A stretch of 64,000 nucleotides of DNA from a virus, in the IMG/VR virus record IMGVR_UViG_3300030451_003654, positions 1 through 64,000 of that record; one strand, given 5' to 3'. The position numbers and the translations under genes are program-made. Position 1 is the first letter of the stretch, and the number at the start of each line of letters is the position of its first letter. Shown piece after piece: positions 57,892 to 64,000 of this stretch. A model generated the notes under the pieces. The model made no database searches. It worked only from the letters and a program-made list of their open reading frames with translations, and was not told the origin of the DNA.

Positions 57892-59520
57892 TTAACCAAC
57901 TCTCCTTTCTGTTCTTCTATCAACATTGTTATTTGCTGCTTCTTTAGGTAATCCCATATTTCTATTAGGTGGACCGACACTCATTGAGGGTTTATTTCTT
58001 GTTTGTCCTCCACCTTGCCCTAATAAATTCTGTTCTGCTAATTGTCCTAATTGACTCGCATCAATATCTGTTCCTGCATATGGGTCAGTTTCTAATTTTT
58101 TATCAGGTTGCTTTTCACCCATAGGTTTTTCTTCTTCTTTTGGCGGAGGCTTTGAATAAATAAAGTTTCCATCTTCATCCATATCTACTTCAAATCCTAA
58201 ATTCTTAATTTGAGTAGCAAGGTTAATTTCAATTTCTCTCCTTCTTAATTCGGCTACATTATCTTCTTCTTCAGAACGAAGTAGAATTAAATTCCAATCA
58301 GTAATACCAAATTGTTTTAACAAGAATGGGAATAAATATTGATTATATACATTTTGCGCTAATTCAACAGAACGATTAGTTACAAGAATTTGCATACCCT
58401 CGTTATTTAAACCACCGCTTGTAGATGTATCTCCTTGAAAGATTTTACTTACACCATAGAAAGCACCAATTCTATCTCTCAAATCATCTTTTACATTTAT
58501 GTAATCCATTTCTTTAAGAGTATTCATAAATTGTACCCATTCAATACTACCTTTACTACCGCCATCTGTTTCAATACCCATAATAGGAATATAATGTGGG
58601 TCTTTCTCTAACTTCTCTTTAACTCCTTTCCAATACTTTACAAGAGATTCCATGTTATTTGTTTGTACTGCAAGAATACCTCTTGGTGCTCTTGCTTTTG
58701 TATAAGAAGTATTTACATAATTTTCCATAGCAATTAATGTAGTAATATGACTCCATAGAGTTAGAATAGGTGAAAAACCATAAAGTCTTGAAGGGTTATA
58801 CTTACTCAAGTGCATAACTTCTCCCTCTACAAAGTATTGGTCTTTACCGTGTACTCTATTTATATAATGTATAGGGTGTAATTTAGAACCACATTCGGGG
58901 CAACTTGCTAATGGGTCTGTTTCAAAAATCTCTCTATGTGTTAAACAAGTATAATGAGAATTTCCTCTATTACCTTCTTCATCAACATCTATATACATTG
59001 TTAATGGGTCGCCTCTATAAATTTCTTTTATTTTATGTAGGGCTACACAACCTTCGTTATCTAAGTAATATTCTTTTACTAAAATTAAGAAAGCATCATC
59101 AGCAATATTCAAATCAGCCTCTATTTCTTTTAATACATCAATAAATTTTTGCTCAGAACTATTTACATACCCATTAAAGAATTTTTCAGCATAAATTTTT
59201 TGTTGTTGTGATGGTGCTCTTAAACTCTTACTACCACAATTTCTACAAACATCTGTTTCCTTTTCATGCTTTGTACCGCAATCATTACATATTTTAAAGA
59301 AAGATTTATTCCATTCAAAACCTCTTCTGAATATTTCAGTCTTTAATTGTGTAATACATGTCCTAACAATAGTAGATTGATTAGCAACATCATATAATAC
59401 AGGTCCAATAATATGTTGTACATTTCTTTTTTCCTGTATTCCTAAATTATAAACTTCTTTGGCAAGTGGATTAGGGGTTTTTCTACGAACAAATTTCCCT
59501 AAGTAATCTCTTAATCCCAT
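57892..59520 (-). CDS. portal protein with Zn-ribbon insertions
   Basis: EVMHL...LYGFSP..., APRGIL, IGAFYGVS portal pattern; between terminase and protease; CNDC/CRNC and CLTH/CPEC inserts. Confidence 0.88.
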   Translation of the reverse strand: MGLRDYLGKFVRRKTPNPLAKEVYNLGIQEKRNVQHIIGPVLYDVANQSTIVRTCITQLKTEIFRRGFEWNKSFFKICNDCGTKHEKETDVCRNCGSKSLRAPSQQQKIYAEKFFNGYVNSSEQKFIDVLKEIEADLNIADDAFLILVKEYYLDNEGCVALHKIKEIYRGDPLTMYIDVDEEGNRGNSHYTCLTHREIFETDPLASCPECGSKLHPIHYINRVHGKDQYFVEGEVMHLSKYNPSRLYGFSPILTLWSHITTLIAMENYVNTSYTKARAPRGILAVQTNNMESLVKYWKGVKEKLEKDPHYIPIMGIETDGGSKGSIEWVQFMNTLKEMDYINVKDDLRDRIGAFYGVSKIFQGDTSTSGGLNNEGMQILVTNRSVELAQNVYNQYLFPFLLKQFGITDWNLILLRSEEEDNVAELRRREIEINLATQIKNLGFEVDMDEDGNFIYSKPPPKEEEKPMGEKQPDKKLETDPYAGTDIDASQLGQLAEQNLLGQGGGQTRNKPSMSVGPPNRNMGLPKEAANNNVDRRTERRVG

Positions 59521-60920
59521 CAGACCACCCCACTTTCCATACTATCCATCAATTGCATCTTACAATTATCATGGTATTTAACAACTACTTCGGGGTCTAT
59601 ATCATATTTTTCAAATTCTTTAACGCCTTGACCTCTTGAATCCTTCCAATTCTCATATTTAATTAGTTTAAATATTTCCTGTAATCGGGGTTTAGCCCAT
59701 TCTTCTCTCTTAAAATTTTTCTTGATTCTAATCGCCTCTTGAATTAATCTACCCTGTGTTTGTTTCATTCTAAGATGTGGTATGCACTTTTCTAAAATTG
59801 TTGTGATGTCGTCTTGACTGTAAAAATTTAACCTGTGTTGGCTTCTACTATTTTCTCCTACTTTTTGGTCTAAGTGTAATCTCCCACATTTTAATTCCTT
59901 TTCTAATTCTTGGAAAAATGCTTTACCTCTTTTACCCGTAGCAATCATTCCTACTCTTGGTGCTAAAGAAGAATCCATTGTAATGTAGCCATCGGAATCA
60001 ATAAATCCCGCTACATAGGAATATAAATCTTTCTTAATTAAATGTTTCACTAAGTAGTACTCATTATCTACTTTAGTAGCACCTATCTTCATTAACATTT
60101 TTGAAATAGATTGGGGTGTTGAAATTTTAGAATGTCCTTTAGATAATCTGGAGTGAATTTCATTAGAAGATAATCCTTGATTATTACAAATAATTTCTCT
60201 TACACTCTTTTCAATCATTTCTTTCTTAGATTTTCTTATAGATTGATGAGGTATATCTTTTAATAATTTTCTTAATTCATTTCTACTTTCTCTTAAAATA
60301 ATATAATTATTTGAATATTGTGTGCCGTAATCTAATGATTTCATTTCTAAATCGCTTTCCCACATCTTACAACATAATTCTATGATACTCTTTCTTGTTT
60401 CACCATCTTTAATATTATGCAACTTTTGTATTTGTGAAGGGTTATAACCTAATCTTTTAAATCCTGATTGATATGGTTTTAACCAATAAATTGTATCTAA
60501 AGATTTTTGTAAATATTCTTCATACGCAGTAATTAAATGGTCTATACCTTTTGAAATTTTAATCTTTTCTTCACCTTTAAAATTTCTTCTCATATCTCTT
60601 AATTCCTTAACTAAATCAGGAATATTCTTATTAGATACAATAGGTTCTACGGGAAGTTGTTGAATATAATCACTTGCTTCAGTTAAATTAATTTGTAATG
60701 TTTTAGAAATATCTTTTAGAATATCTACCTCATTACCGTATTGAGTGGATAACCATTGACCTACATTACTCTTGTTAAACTGTTCTTTAATTTTATCTTT
60801 AACAGGTTTAACTTCTTGGTCTAACATTCTTTTTTCATCTTCTACTCTTTTAATTTCTTGAACATCTCGTTCTAATTCTTCTATATCAATATCATCATCC
60901 TGTTTAAAGATTAATACCAT
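59520..60920 (-). CDS. LAGLIDADG endonuclease-domain protein with long N-terminal helical and winged-helix region
   Basis: YVAGFIDSDGYI motif and PHLRMK; ATG at 60920 preceded by GGAGGTG (ORF track starts at 60974). Confidence 0.85.
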   Translation of the reverse strand: MVLIFKQDDDIDIEELERDVQEIKRVEDEKRMLDQEVKPVKDKIKEQFNKSNVGQWLSTQYGNEVDILKDISKTLQINLTEASDYIQQLPVEPIVSNKNIPDLVKELRDMRRNFKGEEKIKISKGIDHLITAYEEYLQKSLDTIYWLKPYQSGFKRLGYNPSQIQKLHNIKDGETRKSIIELCCKMWESDLEMKSLDYGTQYSNNYIILRESRNELRKLLKDIPHQSIRKSKKEMIEKSVREIICNNQGLSSNEIHSRLSKGHSKISTPQSISKMLMKIGATKVDNEYYLVKHLIKKDLYSYVAGFIDSDGYITMDSSLAPRVGMIATGKRGKAFFQELEKELKCGRLHLDQKVGENSRSQHRLNFYSQDDITTILEKCIPHLRMKQTQGRLIQEAIRIKKNFKREEWAKPRLQEIFKLIKYENWKDSRGQGVKEFEKYDIDPEVVVKYHDNCKMQLMDSMESGVV

Positions 60921-62331
60921 AAAAAGCACCTCCCTTTGTTGGTGTAGTAGGGGTTGAACTAAACAGACTACCACTATCTATATCTAAAAATGTATCGGAA
61001 AAAGTCTTTGTTGCATAATTGGCTAAAGCAAGAGCAATTACTATATCATCATGTGCGCCTACACCTTCAATTTTACCATGTGCATTAATTCCAAATGCGC
61101 CTAATTCTTGAGTAATCATATTAGTTACAGACTTAGATGCTTCATTTTGCATAGGTAAAACTATCTTCCCATTATCAATATTCATTTGTAAATTTAATAT
61201 AATTTCTTCCTTTTTCTTTCTACTCATAGTAAATTCTCTAACAGGAAAATCTGAAATATTTTTCAATTCCATAGCAAAAGCCTTAGCAAATGTATTTGTT
61301 TCAATCATGACTACTTCAGGCTTATACCTTCTACACAATTCCATTATGTGTTGTATGTGTTCTCTAAAGTCAAGTCCTTTTGCCCTAAACATATGAACCA
61401 CTTGTTTATTCATGTTTTCATCAACCTCTAAGACCATCATTACAGTATAATCCCCATTTGCCGAAATAGCAGGGTCATATCCTATATAATATTGAAAACC
61501 CTCTCTCGCAACGCTCTCAAGCGAAGCATAGGGATTCTTACACGCTTTAATTGCATCAGGTTGAAAAAGCATAGTATTTGTACTGATAGGTACGCAAAGA
61601 TATTCTCTTGTAAATTTAGCCGAGCCTATTTCTACCTTTCTCTCTTCAAGCATTTCAAGACTCCAACGATTAGCCCATAAAGCCGTTCCATCTTGCTTAA
61701 TTGCAGGGTATCTTGAAACGGTATATGCGGGGTTTTCTTCTAACTGTACAAATATATCTGTATATGTAAAGGGTGTTCCGACCATTCTCAAAGAAGCCGT
61801 ATGGTGAAGTGTAGGAATCATATCTCCCCAAAACCAATCTGTAACTCTTTGAATAGCGGTCATACTAAATTCTTTCAAAGGGTCGTCAATAATAATTTCT
61901 TGAGGGTGCAATCCACGAATCTGAGAACCTACTGAACGCTCTAATATCTCATTACCATTTGTTAAACGCATAGCCCCAACTGCCCAACCGCCTCTCGGTT
62001 TGAATCTTTTTAATTGTGGGATATTAGTGAACATTCTATCTATGTCTTTCATATGTACCATTGTTTGTTTATGATTAGAAGAAATGTAAAGCATTTGATA
62101 TGGTGGTTCTTGAAAACATAATTGATAAACACACCATGAATGAAAGAAAACAGATTTTCCGTGGTCTCTTGAACAAATAATAACTGTCCTTGAAGTATTA
62201 TTTACAAGGTCTAACCATTCCTCATGAAAGTCGGCTAACTCATACCCTAATACCTTTTCAAAAAAATAAGGAAAATTTCCTTTGGACATCTTCAAATCCA
62301 TTTCTGTTAAAAAATCATCCATTAGAATCAC
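60904..62331 (-). CDS. terL: terminase large subunit
   Basis: SRDHGKS Walker A, IRG, IIIDDP Walker B, VGTP, nuclease IGYDPA and HDDIVIALALA. Confidence 0.95.
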   Translation of the reverse strand: MILMDDFLTEMDLKMSKGNFPYFFEKVLGYELADFHEEWLDLVNNTSRTVIICSRDHGKSVFFHSWCVYQLCFQEPPYQMLYISSNHKQTMVHMKDIDRMFTNIPQLKRFKPRGGWAVGAMRLTNGNEILERSVGSQIRGLHPQEIIIDDPLKEFSMTAIQRVTDWFWGDMIPTLHHTASLRMVGTPFTYTDIFVQLEENPAYTVSRYPAIKQDGTALWANRWSLEMLEERKVEIGSAKFTREYLCVPISTNTMLFQPDAIKACKNPYASLESVAREGFQYYIGYDPAISANGDYTVMMVLEVDENMNKQVVHMFRAKGLDFREHIQHIMELCRRYKPEVVMIETNTFAKAFAMELKNISDFPVREFTMSRKKKEEIILNLQMNIDNGKIVLPMQNEASKSVTNMITQELGAFGINAHGKIEGVGAHDDIVIALALANYATKTFSDTFLDIDSGSLFSSTPTTPTKGGAFYGINL

Positions 62332-62963
62332 CTACACTTAAGAATATCCCATGCCTTTTGCATAGCCTTATCTTCTTTCATACTTTCAGGAATATAAATA
62401 GCATAAGTTCTATTTTTACCTTTTAGTACATCATAATGTCTTTGTGGAATATCAGGATGTTTTTCTTCAGCGTTAAGGAATATCTCAAAACCCTCACTTG
62501 TATATTTTGTTAATCTATTTTCGCTATCATTTGATAAATCAAGAACAATAGGTATTTTTCTTTGATTTGCTAAATCTTTTATGAAAGGCATTCTTTTCTC
62601 ATCTAATATTTTATTAAAGCCTCTACCTCTATAATCTACTCCATACATTTCAGGGTGTTTAGGCATACCGCCTACTGTAAAACTACCTGCATCACCAATA
62701 ACATCATCTAATGCTACTGCACCTACCTTAGCAACATAATAACCAAACTCATCAACTATAATCCAAATATAATTTTCAGTACCGCTAAATGTAAAGGGGC
62801 TATCCTTTCTATTTCTTGGTCTTCTATTTGCTTTCTTCCACCTATTACCTATTTCTATAAATCTTTCTTCTGAAATTGGACCAACTATTGTAAAGGTTTC
62901 ACCATTATTTTGGAAAGTTTCTCCCGCAGGTACAGGATATACTTCATCTCTTTCTCCCTTCAC
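62328..62963 (-). CDS. GNAT-like acetyltransferase (putative)
   Basis: DYRGRGFNKIL acetyl-CoA-binding R-x-x-G motif and Y...GF near the C-terminus. Confidence 0.55.
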   Translation of the reverse strand: MKGERDEVYPVPAGETFQNNGETFTIVGPISEERFIEIGNRWKKANRRPRNRKDSPFTFSGTENYIWIIVDEFGYYVAKVGAVALDDVIGDAGSFTVGGMPKHPEMYGVDYRGRGFNKILDEKRMPFIKDLANQRKIPIVLDLSNDSENRLTKYTSEGFEIFLNAEEKHPDIPQRHYDVLKGKNRTYAIYIPESMKEDKAMQKAWDILKCR

Positions 62964-64000
62964 CTAAACATCCCCTTAACCTTGTAGATAATTTCTGAAG
63001 TAAATCCATAGGTTTCGGCAATATCATTAAATGAAGATTGACTCTTAGTAATATTGTATATATCAATACCGTATAAATCTATATTATGTTCTTCTTTAAT
63101 CATATTTGAAACATATTGAATGTCCTCTAAATCGCTAATATCTAATAACCCATAGTAGATTTTATCTCCCTTCATTTTTCTAAGTATATCAGTTGCTTCT
63201 AACATAGCGTGAGTAATTGGTCCTGTTAGTTTTACATCAGATTCTAATAATTTCTTCTTTACTCTCTCACTTGCTGTTTTAAATCCTCTAATTCTCATAC
63301 CTGTTGTATTGATGTAATTTTCCCATTCATCTGAATTAATTAGGGCTATCAAATTTTCAATACTTACCTGTTCCTCTTTTTGTTTATTATTCCAAAAACT
63401 CAAAGATTCTCCTTCAAAAATAATCTCATCTAATTCAGATTTATCTTCAGTTGCTGAAGCAACATCGTAAAGACTTGCACCAAATAATATTTCACTTCTT
63501 TCAATAATACTATCTAACTCATATGATTCATCTTCTACTACTGAATCTACACCTGCAAAGAATTTAATATAAGCATTTAAAGCATCGCTAAACAAATTAT
63601 TCAAATCATCAGTATAAACTAATTCATTTTGATTTGCTATTCTTCCTAAGAATTTATTTAAAGTGTTTAAATCATCTACTTCTATAATAGGTTCGTTACC
63701 CTCTCTCATAGACCTTCTCGCCATGTTAATATTACTACTTGCAACAATTGAAGGGAAATCTTTGAATGCCTTTGATGTAAAGAATTTAGGTACATCTTCT
63801 AACAAAACCATATTACTTGTTAATGGTTTTACATAAAACTCAGAAATAAGAGTTGTTACAGTTTCTATTTCTTTCATTCTATCTAAATCTACTTGACTCA
63901 TCTTAGGTTGAAGTGTTCTTGTAATACCTCCTAAATATTGAACAGGTGTACTATCTTGTCCACCTCTACCTCTTCTTACAGGTCTATCAGGTACTCTTTG
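62960..64000 (-). CDS. hypothetical protein, 5' end beyond the window
   Basis: The frame of ORF 62960..63901 stays open to the window edge (QRVPDRPVRRGRGG...PKMSQVD); C-terminal HTH-like FNDIAETYGFTSEIIYKVK. Confidence 0.7.
   Translation of the reverse strand, partial: QRVPDRPVRRGRGGQDSTPVQYLGGITRTLQPKMSQVDLDRMKEIETVTTLISEFYVKPLTSNMVLLEDVPKFFTSKAFKDFPSIVASSNINMARRSMREGNEPIIEVDDLNTLNKFLGRIANQNELVYTDDLNNLFSDALNAYIKFFAGVDSVVEDESYELDSIIERSEILFGASLYDVASATEDKSELDEIIFEGESLSFWNNKQKEEQVSIENLIALINSDEWENYINTTGMRIRGFKTASERVKKKLLESDVKLTGPITHAMLEATDILRKMKGDKIYYGLLDISDLEDIQYVSNMIKEEHNIDLYGIDIYNITKSQSSFNDIAETYGFTSEIIYKVKGMFR

Noticed and set aside
27490-62426. Numerous + strand ORFs in the right half (e.g. 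50623-51105, 55217-55669)
   Set aside because: Antisense shadows of structural genes; the S/F/L-rich composition mirrors E/K codons on the coding strand.
1-64000. Stop-codon reassignment (genes end almost only in TAA/TGA)
   Set aside because: Genes are full length under the standard code and tile the window tightly; scarcity of TAG stops is explained by ATGA/TAATG coupling and AT bias.

Overview
This window is a 64-kb internal slice of an AT-rich tailed dsDNA virus (Caudoviricetes) with an archaeal host. Gene content and order most resemble the magroviruses of Marine Group II Euryarchaeota (Poseidoniales); this assignment is from recognised motifs and synteny, not a database search. Two convergent halves meet at about 25.05-25.29 kb. 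The + strand (1-25042) holds the 3' end of a class II ribonucleotide reductase, an accessory cluster and an archaeal-type replisome. The accessory cluster encodes a TFB-like factor, a ThiF/E1 enzyme, a JAB/MPN+ protease, a candidate E2-like protein, a histone-fold protein, a pyrimidine-dimer glycosylase-like protein and many Zn-finger microproteins. The replisome comprises ATP-dependent ligase, RFC large and small subunits, RPA-like protein, RecA-fold ATPase, PCNA, GMP reductase/IMPDH, PolB, HNH, Cas4-like nuclease, primase, ERCC4 nuclease, MCM-like helicase and an RNase H-fold exonuclease. The - strand (25290-64000) is the morphogenesis block: terminase, LAGLIDADG protein, portal, a second ligase-domain protein, prohead protease/scaffold, major capsid protein, adaptor, tail tube, a tail chaperone with a -1 frameshift, tape measure and tail tip/fibre proteins. 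The most notable candidates are (1) a virus-encoded E1/E2-like/JAB ubiquitin-like conjugation module interleaved with a viral TFB and a histone, and (2) a possible protease-matured enzyme cargo (ligase, LAGLIDADG nuclease, GNAT) inside the head module, with a mini-protein carrying a copy of the scaffold C-terminal motif. No CRISPR array, tRNA or rRNA was recognised.
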